A stretch of 64,000 nt of DNA from Paraspadella gotoi (lineage: Eukaryota; Animalia; Chaetognatha), in assembly GCA_051294375.1 (NCBI GenBank), contig CM119263.1:7410829-7474828 (forward strand). Direction: 5' to 3'. Of this stretch, positions 13,628 through 27,481 are shown in pieces; the stretch's first letter is position 1, and each line of letters opens with the position of its first letter. A model generated the notes under the pieces. The model was not told where the DNA came from. It was given only the letters and a program-made list of their open reading frames with translations, and did not search any database. The translations under genes were made by a program, and so were the position numbers.

Positions 13628-16600
13628 CTCTCTTCCTTTAATTCACTCTGCTAATGATACGCTGCCTGCCGTTCTCAGCGGGGCTGAGGCGGAGGTACCT
13701 AGCTGGCGTTTCTTTTTGATTATTTCCTAAGTGCCTGCGGCAGGCTTTCGAATCCCGAAAAATGGGTCCCAGGTTCAGAGGAAAATACGATATTTCATCC
13801 TGCGAGACTCAGGTCGGCGGCGCGTCGGAGACAGCGCGGCGGCGGTCCGGCGACAACTGGCTGCCGAGCCCAGACACGACAAGGAACGGACGCCCCAGGG
13901 ACTCCCGCGCGCCATGCAGTTTCCGTGATAGCGTATTCCTGACAACGCGGATACTCAAGACCTTAACAACAACAAAAACAATCACAACAAACAAAAATCC
14001 AACTATCACAACCATTCACCCAACAGAACCGACTAAAAACTAATAAGGTACCCAAGTAAAATATCAACTAATCAATCATATACAGCAAAAGAAACGCAGC
14101 GCTCTGCTAACCTCTCAATAGTAGATGAGAGAAAGTAAAACGAGTAGTAAGGCGCTAAGCAAGAGATGCGGTAAGATTGCCAGGGAAAAGCAACCGAGGA
14201 TGAGATCGACTATGTATCGGAATACGGACGGGTGGGGAAGTTCGAACAAAGAATAATTCTTTTGGCGGATCCGATATAGTCTCTATTCGAGAGTGTAGAA
14301 ACGTTTGACCTATAGGATGTCACACATGGTGTGATATTCCACACGCAGATGTAGTGTGAGTTGTGAGAGAGTCTACTCATACGTATAAATATTAACTAAA
14401 TAAGACTCAGATGAGCAGCTGACGCCCTACTCGCATCAGTACCATTATAATAGAAGAGAAAGTATACAAATCAACACGTCAATCATCTCAATCATTCTCA
14501 TCATACTATCATCTATCATTATCATCATCTATCACCATCAGTTCATCATCTATTCATCATCATCATCCCCTAACGGACGCGCAAAACAAGAAAAGGCTCA
14601 TCCCAAAAAAACCAGACACCGCCCCGCGGTTTTAATTCTAGTTTCCTTTTTTGAAAATTCCTATCGTCTGAGTCTATTTCTTAAAACTTGACGTACTGTT
14701 ACATAGTGTTGAGAACAAGAAAATAAAAAAAAAACTAGAACTCGCAAGACAGGAAGACGCGGATCAGAGAAGAGGCATTCAGTGAAAGAGGAATACTGCT
14801 CGATTACGGTCACTACACAGCGTATTTAAAAGAGATAACATTAGTCTATAGAAAATACATAAAAATCATAGACACGCGATGCGATAATCAACATCTAGAT
14901 ACACTGTTCTACCCGCCAGTGATTAGATTTTTATACATCGCTCGGGAGTTGGTAACAATACGTTGGAATTCAACTCTGTTGTTGTTCTCATTACATTTCG
15001 TTTCTTATTTGATAATGAATTAAAATTCATCATAAAACATGGTGCATATCCATTAATTCTTATTACTTCCAAAGTTTTCCCCTATTTCATTCTTCTCGGT
15101 TTTTATATAGAAATTGAAAAATCTATATAGAAAAAGGTGGATAAACTCGTTCTGTTTTCTCTTGTTTCCTTCCAAACATGTATTCTAGTATTATTCCTTA
15201 CATTCTTTCTATTCAAATCCAAAAAGTTCAACATAAATATATTACCTACTGCCGGATTGTCATTACGACGTGTTATTCACGCGATATTTCCTTATTCTTA
15301 ATCTTACATACACTGAATAAATTAGAAGAGAAAAGAGGGGTAAGACAGTCTAATGTGTGAGGTGAAGCCCTAACTATATCATCACTTAAAAACAAAACAC
15401 GAACAAAGAGAGAAAATGAAAAAAAGTGAGCCACAAGAAGCCTTACGATTTTCAGAACGAATTCGCATGCTCTTCGGGTCGACCGTAATATAGAAAAGAT
15501 TAATAAGTGAAATGTGGGGTAGATCCCGCAGCCATCAAATAGAAGTAAAGACGTGGGTATAGGAATGCCGATATTATTATATTGTAGTCACTTTACATTC
15601 GTCATGGAACAGAACGACTCGGAGACATTTCGTTGACGGTTAATCGTCGGAAAATGGACTCACTTTACTCATGCCTATTACTAACGACATACTGAAAGCC
15701 ATTTAAATTCCATTCGTTTAAAACCCGGGGACGAAGTGAATAAAAATTAAAGACAGGAACAAGGATACAAGAAAAAGGAAGAAATAAATAGAAAAACAGC
15801 CGGAGATTCCCTTTTGAAAAACAATGCATCTCGTTTTTTGGGACAATAGGGATGATAGTGATGACGTCATACGAGGATATACTCAGAAAACGATGCAGAA
15901 CACTAGAGAGAGAGAGAGAACGCGATGAGGGACGAGATGAAGAGCACGGAAGAGGAGAGACGAGAGAAGACGGTGTCAGTCTGGACAGTAAGAGAGCGAA
16001 GGAGAGGAGAGGCGAAAGAATTGAAGCGAGGAAGAAGGAACCTTAATAAGGAGACGAGGGAGTAGCATGAAATGATAGCCGAGGTAGGAAAAGGAAAAAA
16101 CGAGGATGAGAGAGAGAGACAAGGATGGAGGAGACCCTAGTTATATTCATATGCCATACCCGTCGGGCGTTCGACTGTACGGACAGCACTCGAGCCTGAT
16201 GGGGTTGAATGGATAAAGTCGCGGAAACCAAAGAAAGACGTAGAGTGACAAAGGAGCAAGAAGAGAGAGAATGAGAGACGGAGGGAGAAAATGAAGGAAT
16301 CATTCTCCGGGAATTTGACGGTTGCTGGTTCATCGGTGGACAACACTGATCGAGGTGACTAATACTGATTGAATTCCGGGAACGAAGAGGGAGAGAGGAC
16401 TGCAGGCGCGGGCGTCCTCGTGGGTTGGCCGGGACGTTAAGAGAACCAGGAGGAGGAAACAGGTAGGGACGAGGAAGGGAACGGAGACAGATCGAGAGAG
16501 ATGACCACCGTAGAAGAAGAGAACATTAATAACCCTACTGTTAATTATAAAGGACATAAGTAAAATGGAATTTGGGTAAATAGAAAAAGCGCCAAAAGTA

Positions 16601-17202
16601 AAGAAAACAATGTGAGAGAAAATCACGCAAAGCTGGGGGAAAGACAAAGTACAAAAAAGAGAAAGAAATTAAAGGAAAGGTTAGGGGACAATTATTATGA
16701 GTCCCCTCGGGATGTAGGTGAAACGAGATGAGAACGAGGAGAAAAATAGTGTAAAAATGGTACAATAACAGAGGTCCCAGAAAAAGAAAGAGCAAGGAGA
16801 AGAACAAAGAGGTAAATAGAGTTCAGATGAGATTATCCAGAAAAAAAAAAACAAAAATAATTTCAATCGCGAACTCCCACGCCATTCTCAGCGGGCCTGT
16901 CGACGGACGCATCTACTTAGTTTATTATAATCTCTGTAATGTGATTATTTTTTAAATCGTTATACCTATCTAGTCCTGCGCTACGAAAACATTACGTTCA
17001 GCGGTTAACGGCATACACAGGGTAGTTTTCCAGTTTTTATGGTCTACTCTACGTCTACTCGACTCATCTCTAACGCAGAATGGGGTCCTCATCCTATATA
17101 CCTAGGTAAACTCCTCGACAACACGCATCGTCTAACTCGTGCTTTTAACTTCTTAATGTTAATAGTTGTGGATAAGTACTCTATGCACGTCGAACCTGCT
17201 GC

Positions 17203-17245
<43 letters not shown>

Positions 17246-20200
17246 TATCTTTCCCTCCTCCTCATCGTTCTTTTCAACGTCCTCTCTGTTTTGCATGACA
17301 CTCTATAACTTGGTCTCCCACTCACTCCTTCGGACCGTCGGTCTGTTAGTTCCCCTCACTCACAGTGTAGGGTTAGATCGCTCCCAGTTTACATGCTTTA
17401 ACTTTGCTGTGATCTCAGCTCAGTTGCTCGATTCCCTGAGAAATCCTTGGTGGGACCCTATAATCGGCGCCGACCCACCACTCCCCATGTCGACTGCCAT
17501 AGATTCTGGACTAGCAGATTAAGCGGTTGTCACTGAGAAATCAGCTGTCACCTCGGCTCACAATAACATTAAAATTGGATGTACATATATAAAGTAACAC
17601 AGACTAAATTAAGTGTAATGAATCACGAGTACATTCACGATGTCCTCGTAAGTAATCTCTCGGCGGTGCATATCCGACATAGAGTGACCGGTGAACCTCG
17701 AATAATAAATAATACATTTGAGACTCTATGGCAACTAGTACATTAAATATTATCATAGCTGAATTTCCCATAAAAATAAAATATGTGAACGCATCAGATA
17801 ATGAATATCATAGATAATTAAATTAATTAATAAAATATGGAATTTAAATAATTATATCAATACCATTCAATACCCTCTAATAATTTTAATTTATAAGGCT
17901 AATAAATAATAACCTATTATGTGTCTTCGATTTATCTACTTACTGAATAGGAGGTGAGATCTTGAACGTATACTCCATATAGAAATTAAATGAATGAATT
18001 AATAATTCGATTCAAAAATGTATCGTCTAGGATCGTCAGATAGTTATATCCCAGGGTACAGGGAAAAAATTCAGAGAGATCTACTAAATCGCATTTTATT
18101 TCTATCAATCTTTTGAACATATCACTGTATCTATATACAAGAGTATCTGACGGATCATGTATATGAATCTAATAAATCTGGATTTAGTGAATTTTAATGA
18201 ATCGACATTATTTCTCAATCGTATCATTTTTAGAGAACAAAAATAATTATTTCATGAACTGTTTAATCAGTTTCGACGTAGTGTCTGTTATAACCATTAT
18301 ATATATGTTTTCGTTCTTTAGTAGATCTGTGGATTAACGTTCGGAACAAATATGGTGCTATGCATAAGACGAAGATTCAGTTTCGATAACACGACTGATT
18401 TAATAAATCTGGTCCATAAGTTGAAAACGTGTACCAATTTGTTGTGTCCGGATCATACTTTCCAATTCGAACATGTTTGCGATAGACCTTTAAGCGAAAT
18501 TCAGATAATGGAGCTCTTTGCTCGTCCTCTGCGACGCCCTGGCTCTAACGCTCGCCATAGCTCCAAGTATACTGAAACTCCTGAGAACTTGGATAAATTA
18601 TTATCAGATAATACCTTTAGAAGCACGGATTCTCGCTTGATGTCAATTAATCTTCGCTGAAGAACACGACACGACCACCGGCTGGCCTCGAAACAGCAGA
18701 GGATACTCCTGCTGTGGTACCACTAAGAATACAAAGTTTATGATCTCGATTGAATCGCATATTAAGTTCCTGTCGCAAAAATGGTCATTTTTAACTCAAG
18801 TTCGTGAAAGGAGAAATAAATAAATAGTACGCCGTGCCGGAAATGAAACGGGAGAATGCTAGTGAGAGCGGGAGAGTGATTTGGAGAAGAGAGAGTGAAG
18901 TTAGAGAGAGAGGGTACGTGACGAGAGGAGGGGCGTAACAGGAATGTGGAAGGGATTCAGTACAGATAGTGCAGAGACGAGGAGGTGAGGTTAACGCGTT
19001 TCGTCCCGGACGGGACATCAACCTAACAAAAGAAGAAGATTGAGAGAGACTCTGTTTGAGATCGAGGTTACACTGAAACGTACCTGAAAGCTATCAATTT
19101 TTATCTGCGATCTTTAACAAACAAACACAGGCGACAATCTTTCGGGCAAACAACAGAACCGAACGCTAAAGATGTTAACTTATGGTAATCCCGTCAGACT
19201 GCGGAAGAGATATTTCAACCGAAAACGGCAGATGGCGAGAAAAGAGAAAAGAAGCAAAAAAGTCGATGAGAGAGAGGGCTCGTGTTGGACAGGGTGTGCG
19301 TCTTGGGAAACACAACGCTCTGCGCCTGAGAAGTGAAAAGCATCGTAAATTAATGACCGTCCAAGCGAAGACGCAAGGGTTTTACAGTGTCTGCAGAATC
19401 AGAATCTTAGTATAAAAGGAAAAAATGATATATTCAAATTTAGAAACAACAAATTAAATACTAATTATAACACAACAGAAGAAATAATAATTTTACACCC
19501 TACCAAAAAAACCACGTGTGTTTGTAGTTTGTAATTTAATTGTTTAATAAAGTTTGGTTTCTATTTGGCCTGTATCATTGAATTTTTTCTGCTTTATATA
19601 TTCCTAGATTTTTGTATTTATGTCTCTGTCAGTCAACGTCAAACGAATCGACTTGTTTTCTTTCTCGCTTTCCAAATAGCCAAAATCTCTCGGTTTAAAT
19701 TCTTCCGCGGATACCTGCAGTGGTCGGTCGTTGGTCTATGCCCGAAGAGGTTGTCGCCTTTGTTTGCTTTAAAGATGGCACGTAACTTTCGATATGACCT
19801 TCATCTGTGCTCGATATTCAAAAGAAGTGGTCGCCGACGAAACGTTCCTCACCCACCGTTCTGATATGTACTGTAATTCCCCTTCACACATTTATCGCCC
19901 TACTTCCTCCCGTCTTGCCCAACCTCTATTTAATCTCCTACTCTCTCTGTCTTCGCTCTTCCGGTTCTCTGCGGTGTTTTATTCCTCCAATGTAAGATTT
20001 GAAGACACTTAGATTACTGGATATATCAAACTGATTCTCATGGCTCCGACCGCTCGTCAAATTTTACCGTGCTGTTTTCGTCACAAGATAAGGTTCGCGT
20101 TGTTCACAAAATAATAAATGACACAAAATCTTAAATTTTATAGTTAACTAAGTTTATAGATTTATATGATATTGAAATGATTATTTTTAGTTTTCTTTCT

Positions 20201-21068
20201 ACTCAAAAAATTCTCATTAATTGAGCAAAGTTGGATTGTAAAAGATGTACGAATACCATCTGTCCCGATAAATCCACCTAATGAAGATAGAAAAATAAAC
20301 AGTGTTAGATTAAATCTCTTCTTCATATAACTTTCGTCTCTCGCAACAATCCATAATTATCACAACTCGAAACCAGACTAAAAAGGAATACTAAATACAA
20401 TACACAAATTGATATACTAAAAACTATAATTATATATTTTTTTCAACTATTACTAATCTAAAATCTTCATTAAATAGATTCATTAATTTACTAACTATAT
20501 AACAATATCTTAATTTATAAATACTTAATTCTTTATAATTCTTTAATTAATACTATCTTATATATATTTAATACAATTTCTGTTTAATTAATTGTAATTT
20601 GAAATTATTTGATATTTCCTATTATATCAAATCGGTATACGCAAGACCCCCTGCTAAGAAAGGTACGAGCCAAATTGTATATTAAGCATAGAAACAATAG
20701 CTAAGCGTAGAGCAGTGTCTGAAGATTTACACCCATTACGAACTTAACGCTCTGACTCACTATATTGTGCCCATCTTATAGAGAATAGCAGAAGAAAATG
20801 TAAAGGCTTTGGTGCCACGCAGTCGCCGCCGCCGGCGCCGACGCCGCTCGTGCCGGCCGGATCTTACTAATCATCGACCGACAGGGGCCGGCGCACCGGC
20901 GCATCTTGTTATTGTGCAGCGGGCGCCGCTCTAAACTGCGCGTTGCGGTGCCGTGTGGGGGCCGGAAGGGATTTTAGAAAGATGGCAGGTTGGATTATGA
21001 GAAAGGGAGGGAAAGAAATTCAACAGGAAAAAGACGATGAGGAGGAGGAAAAAGGAGAAGAGAGACGC

Positions 21069-21122
<54 letters not shown>

Positions 21123-21860
21123 AAGAGAGAGAGAGAGAGAGACATAAAAACTGGAAAATATGGTGCGACTCGGTCGGAGGAGTGCAGGAGAATGTTAAAT
21201 ACTACGCTCTCAAAAACAAAATCAAATAACACGAGAAAAATTGAAACGATGGCGAATCCATAATAGCTCAAGGTAGAATTGCGGGTCAAAAAAATTATTC
21301 TTTGTCTCGCGATTGAAACATTGTTATTTATTTCTCTCCTCTCTCTCTCCGCTCTCTCTCTCTTCTCTCTCCTCTCTCATACTCTCTCTCTCTCTCCTCT
21401 CTCTCTCTTCTCCATAATCTCTCTCTTACAAATTCTTTTTATTGTATTATTCGCTTCTCCCGGCCACAGGACGCGTGACTACTTTTGATCCGGATCTCAA
21501 ATTATACGACGAGTTTGAAGCGTAAAACAGATCCGAAATCGAGTACTGTTATTTTTCTCCCATCTGCCTTCATCTTTTGTTCCCATAACACCTCTTGAAT
21601 CTTTCTTGCGCTGATTCCCCCTCGCGTAACCCCCCGCATCTTCTTTTATGGTCTCTCTCCAACTGGCGCTCTGCGTCTTTCTCACATCATTTCGTGCTCT
21701 CTCTCTCCTCTCGGTTCTCTCTCTCTCTCTCTTCTCTCTTTCTCTTCTCTCTCTCTCTCTCTCTCCTCTTCTCTCTCTCTCTATCTATATCTCCCTGTGT
21801 GTCACTCAAACCGTTATATTGTCGATCTCCGTTTTTTGTTTTTTTATTTTGTTTCTTTCC
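9966..21860. other. Error-rich false duplication (long-read gap-fill artefact) of ~21880-29500
   Basis: Begins after an exact 25-N gap. Carries insertion-riddled copies of 21880-26550 (forward) interleaved with ~29500 to 26600 (reverse). Examples: 20811 ggtgccacgcagtcgccgccgccggcgccg = 26414; 16501 matches 24057; 13650-13920 is the reverse complement of ~27990-28190. Confidence 0.85.
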
Positions 21861-23950
21861 TGCTTTTTCTTCGTCGTCGTCGTTGTCGTTGTCGTCGTCG
21901 TTGTTGTCGCCGTCGTCGTCATCGTCGTCTAAAATCATGTCTCCGCCGCGATTTTCGCATCGTCTCAACAAAAATAAAATCTAAATATCCTTTTTTTTTA
22001 CTTTTTTTTTTTAAATTTTCTCCTCTTAATATTTTCTCGAGTCGAAAAAACATCTTGACAAGTTTTTTTTTTCTCAAAATCGATTTTCATCTCATCCAAT
22101 TACGTCATTCGATTTATGAAAAAAACAAACAAAAGACAATAAAATAAACAAATAATATTCAGATAAATATTTCAACGATTGATAAAGAAATTATGTAACC
22201 AAACAAATATTTAAAAAGAAAGGAACTACTTTTGCCAAAAGAACTTCTAATCTGCGAACAGGTTTTTTTTTTCATCTTCGCAATTTTGATATTTGATGTT
22301 CGCGACGAATTTGGGAAATTATTCGAAGAATAAATGTCGAAGTCGATAATCGATTCGCGTTAAAGGGACCTCGTTTCTCTGTCGAAAATTATTTCAAAGA
22401 TTAATTAATTTTAAAGCTTTAAGTATTTAGTAGCGAGTGTTTTGTTCCTTTTTTTTTTGTTAAAAAATTTAATTTCAAAGTTTGTTGAAAAACAAAGATG
22501 TTTACATACAACGCAAAAAAAATCTACTTATGAAAACGGGCCCACTCTTTTCGAGAAATTTTTTCTTGAAAAAAGGATACGATACCTTTAAACTGTTCGC
22601 TCTCTTTGTTTGTACTCTTCATTAAATTTCTCATTGACTGACTGAGGACATCTCAATCTACGCTATCTCTACAGATCAAAAGGGAGAGCAAACGATTGGT
22701 CCCGACAGTCTCGCCAACCTATTTCGATTCCTGAATCAACAAGTGCTGCATCTTCCCAGCGCCGTAAAAGCGTCATCTCTTGAGCGTTTCTCCAAAACAC
22801 GCGAAACGTCGAAAAAAACAAAAGGGAAGTGGATCTTTTTTGACGCTTCACTCCCGTAATTAACGCTACACGCGACGGTTTGATGCTAATATTTTGTGAT
22901 CGAATCAAACATAAAATCTGTGTCAAGTTTACTGCCTCTCTCTCTCTCTCTCTCNNNNNNNNNNNNNNNNNNNNNNNNNNNNNNNNNNNNNNNNNNNNNN
23001 NNNNNNNNNNNNNNNNNNNNNNNNNNNNNNNNNNNNNNNNNNNNNNNNNNNNNNNNNNNNNNNNTCTTTAATTATTTTGTTTTACTTTGAAAAGAAGCGG
23101 CGAAAAGACAGGCGGCCGTAGTGGAACCTTAATGAGTCACTTTTAGATTCATTAATCTTTATGTCCGTCTTTCGGCGGACGTCCGCCTGTCCGTCTGTCG
23201 ATTTGCGTATTCATTAGAGATGTTACGCTGCGACGGTTTTATTCTATTCCTTTTTGAAATTCTATCTGTCTGTCTATTTCTTAAAACTTTTATATTGAAC
23301 AAAATCAAACAGACGATGCTTCGAAAACTGAATCTAATCTAACGTCTAAATAAAACATATATTTCCGATTTTTTAAGTTGAATCTAATAACGTCTTAACG
23401 TTTGACCAAAATGATAAATTGAATTAATTGATCATAAATAAGCAATCCATAACTTACTGGACTTATTACTTCCTAAAGTCGCTTTTCATTCTTCTGTATT
23501 TTTTTTTTAAATTGAAAATCGAAAGAAAAATCGTTTTTCTTGTCCAAATGACTTTTTTTCTCTTCTTTCTTCAAATCCAAAGTCATAAATCTACGCCGGC
23601 GACGAATGACCGGATTTCTTTTTTCTCACACTGAAAAAAAAGAAGGAAAAGAGGGGTCAAGAAGTAGAGGAAAGAAAAAAAAAGAGAAAAAGAAAAAAGG
23701 AAAAAAATAAAGACGGAAAGAAAAGTGGAAATGTGGAGCATAAAGAGAAAAGAGGAAAGGTAATTTGTGACTCTTGCGACGACGACGACGACGACGATGG
23801 CCAAGTTTCTTGCTTCAACTTTTCGTTAAAAAATGAAAGCAAATGACTTTCTTATGGCGATACGAGGAGGGAAGGGAGCAAGGGGTTAGAAGGGCAAGAT
23901 TGAAGGAAGGGCCTGAAGAGACGTTGATGTCGAGTAGAAAGGAAAAAGAG

Positions 23951-24061
<111 letters not shown>

Positions 24062-24472
24062 ACGTAGAAGAAGAGAACATATGTAACACTGTTAAGGTTA
24101 AAGGACAAAGTAATGAATTTGGTAAAAAGAAAAGCGCAAAATGGGAAAGAAAAATGGAGGAAAGACACAATAAGGAAGAGGGAAAGCAAAAGACAAAAAA
24201 AAAAGAAATTAAGGAAAGTAGGACAATTTATTAGTCTCTGTGAAATATGTAAAATACAACAAGTCCGAAAAGACAGAACAAAATATCAGTAGATTATCCA
24301 GAAAAAAAAATAAAACTCACCCTGTGGACGGAACATGTTAAAAAAGAATAAATTAGAATGAAAAACATTACGTCAGAAGATAAGGGAAGTAAGGAACATC
24401 AAGAAGAAAAGGGTCTCAACTAATACTAGGAAATCCGGACAAAAGGCAAAGTTTAACTTTTAATGTTAATAT

Positions 24473-24696
24473 TGTGGAAGACGATGCAGCGAACAGTTCA
24501 ACGTCCGTTGCACACAAGGTCCCAAACTTCGGACCGGGTTGTAGTCCCTCACTACAGGTGGGTTAGACGCCCAGTTCTGCTTTTACTTGTGTGAATCAGC
24601 AGTGCGCGAACCCGAGTCCTTTGGGTTGGGAGCCATATGTGCCATATGTGCTGCTGATTCTGGACGAGTAGCGGGGTATGAAATACTACCGCTACA
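24473..24696 (+). ncRNA. Candidate structured RNA element (three-way junction plus terminal hairpin); alternatively a solo LTR
   Basis: Nested pairings: cgtccg/tggacg (24502-07/24661-66), cacacaag/cttgtgtg (24511-18/24586-93), gaatcagcag/ctgctgattc (24593-602/24651-60), several internal hairpins and gtagcgg/ccgctac (24668-74/24689-95). Ends are TGT...ACA with ATAT/ATAC flanks. Confidence 0.45.
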
Positions 24697-24749
24697 ATAC
24701 ATTTAAAATGATGAAAAAAAAAAGAAAACAAAAAATAATATCAATAAGT

Positions 24750-24876
24750 TAATAAAATATATAATTAATAAAATAATAATAATAATAATAATAATAAATA
24801 ATATAATAATAATAATAATAATAATATAATAATATATAATAATAATGAATAATATATAATAAAAATAATATTAATA

Positions 24877-24925
<49 letters not shown>
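24750..24925. repeat. (AAT)n microsatellite
   Basis: Imperfect and perfect AAT runs. Confidence 0.9.
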
Positions 24926-26578
24926 CGATTCAAAAGTTGTGGTCGATGTTCGAAAACGAGTCTCGCTTTTCGTCATCTGCGTCGCTTTCAGAGTCGACGA
25001 CGATCAAAACGACGATCAAAACGACGATCACGACGACAAAGACGACGACGTCATCGAAAACAATCTTAACGGAAAAGACGCGAATATGCTAACGACGTTA
25101 ACGAATTATGGTAACGAAGCTCGATAGCAAGGATCGAGGCTTGCGCCGCCGCCGCCGCCGCCNNNNNNNNNNNNNNNNNNNNNNNNNACGAGCCATGAGC
25201 GACGACGACGACGACGAATTCTGTGTGCCAAAATAAGTGCGGAAATTCGGAGAATGGATTTCCATTCGGACGTGATAGAAATTGTGAATCGGAAAATAAA
25301 GGGATGTCTAGAGAGGCGCGAGTGTTTTGAAGAGGAGAGAGAGAGAAGAAGGTCCTCTGCTCCTGAAAACAACGCTGCGCTGGAAGTGAAGACGTAATTA
25401 ATGACGTCAGCGAAGCGCAAGTTTCGTTCGCGAAAATATATAAAAGGAAAAAAATATATAAAAGAAAAAAAATTAACAAATACACAAGAAAAACTACCAA
25501 AAACCCTTTTGGTGAATAATTGTTTAATAATTTGGTTAATGCCCAGACTGATATTTTGTTAGTCTGTCAGTCAACGTCAACGAATCGACTTTTTTTCTTT
25601 CTCTTTTCTGCTTTTCGGTTAAATTCTTCGATCTGAGTCGGTCGTTTGTTTGCCCGAAAGATGTCGCCTTTTGTTTGTTAAAGATGGCGTTTGAATGACG
25701 TCATCTCGATATCAAACAGAGTCGCCGACGAAATCGTTCCTCACCCCCGTCGATGTACTGAATCCCCTTCACACTTTACGCCCCCCCCCTCCACTCTTTT
25801 AATCACTCTCTCTCTCTCGCTCTCCGTCTCTGCGGGTTTTATTCCTCAATGTAAGATTGAAGAACTAATATGCGATATATCAAACTGATTCTATGGTCCC
25901 CGCGATCCTCGTTTCGCAGGTGGTCGCGTTTCACAGAAAATAATGACACAAATCTTAAATTTTATAAATATTATAAGTTATTTATATATTGATATTATTA
26001 TTTTGATAAAAACTATATTGAACAAAGTTTGAAGAGTCGAAACATGTCCGTTTCACTATGAAATAAAAATCGTTGTTAAATCTCTCTTCAAACTTTGTTC
26101 AAAATCAAATCACAACGAAACAGAAAGGAAAAAAACGCAATGATAAAAACTATAATAATATTTTTTCTAAAATCTGATAATGATAATAAATACAAATATA
26201 AAAATATTAATTTATAATACTAATCTTTATAATTTTTAAATATATTATTTTTTAATCAATTTTTGTATTATTGATTGATATTGATATTCATTATTCAAGG
26301 ATACGCGACCCCCGAGAGACGAGACAAAGTTATTAGCATAAAAAATAGGGTAGAGGTGAATTTAACCATTACGAATCTCTGACTCACATTTTCTTTGGTC
26401 AGGAAAATGTAGCGGTGCCACGCAGTCGCCGCCGCCGGCGCCGCCGCCTCGGCCGGCCGGTCTTACAATATCGACGAAGGGCCGGCGCACGCGCATTCGT
26501 TTGTCGCGGGGGTGGGTGTGGGGGTAAGGGATTTAGAAAGATGGAGGTTGGATNNNNNNNNNNNNNNNNNNNNNNNNN

Positions 26579-27252
26579 ACTAATTTTTTTAAAAAAACAA
26601 ATGAAAGAAATATTAAAAGGACGAAGAATAAAAAATGAAAAAGACAGAAACAAATAAAGAAAAAGAAAGAAAATAAAACACAGCGAGATCGAAAAACGTT
26701 TTTGGCAAAGGAGATATATAGATGAGAAGAGAGAGAGGAGAGAGAGAGAGAAAGAAGACGAGAGAGCGGAGAGAACAGAGAGAACAGAAAGAGAGAGAGA
26801 GAGCCAAAATGAGGCGGGGGTAGCGGGGGAACACAACAAGTAAGTGAAGAAAATGAGGAGGGAGAAAAAATAAACTCGATTTCGGCTTCTGTTTCGCCTT
26901 CAATCTTCGTTATAATCTGAATCGCGGACAAAGTGTCCACCGCGCTCCTGTGCCGTGGAAGTACAAAGAGTGAGAGAGATGAGAGAGAGAAGCAGAGAAA
27001 GAGACGAGAGAGAGAAGAGAGAGAACGAGAGGAGAGGAGCAGAGAGAGAGAGGAGACGAGGAAAGCGAAAAGAAACAATGTTTTCATCCGCGACTCCCCG
27101 CATCTGCGCCGATTCATTTTCTCTGTATTGATTTTTTTTTCGGTATTTACTTCTGCTCCTCCACGACCCCGTCGCAAGCCCGATTACCAGCCATTTTCCA
27201 GTTTTATGCCTCTCTTCCTCTCTCTGCTCTCTTCTCTTCTGCTCTTCTCTCA

Positions 27253-27310
<58 letters not shown>

Positions 27311-27481
27311 CCTCCTCTTTTCTTCCTTCCTCCTCATCGTTTTTTCTTAGATTTCTATATCCCCTCGCTTTGCTCATACTGTTTTTTATTTTCTTTCTTT
27401 TTCTTTATTTGTTTCTGTCTTTTTCATTTTATTCCTTCGTCCTTTTAATATTTCTTTCATTGTTTTTTTAAAAATTAGTTC
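26579..27481. repeat. ~100-bp inverted repeat arms around noisy sequence (probable fold-back or mis-oriented fill)
   Basis: 26579-26680 is nearly the reverse complement of 27381-27481. It abuts the 25-N gap at 26554-26578. Confidence 0.7.

Noticed and set aside
17160-17560. Apparent second copy of the structured element at 24473-24696
   Set aside because: It is part of the noisy echo, so it gives no independent evidence of copy number or covariation.
10048-20012. Longer non-repetitive ORFs such as 10048-10647, 13178-13486 and 18352-18660
   Set aside because: They lie in the error-rich duplicated fill, and the clean counterparts do not preserve the frames.
24555-24570. GGGTTAG/CTAACCC as a telomerase RNA template
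   Set aside because: Only 7 nt, too short for a template, and G-U pairing favours the opposite strand.
24992-25110. Asp-rich candidate exon VDDDQNDDQNDDHDDKDDDVIENN... with tttcag| and |gtaacg
   Set aside because: Largely a degenerate GAC repeat of the kind scattered through the window, with a weak donor.
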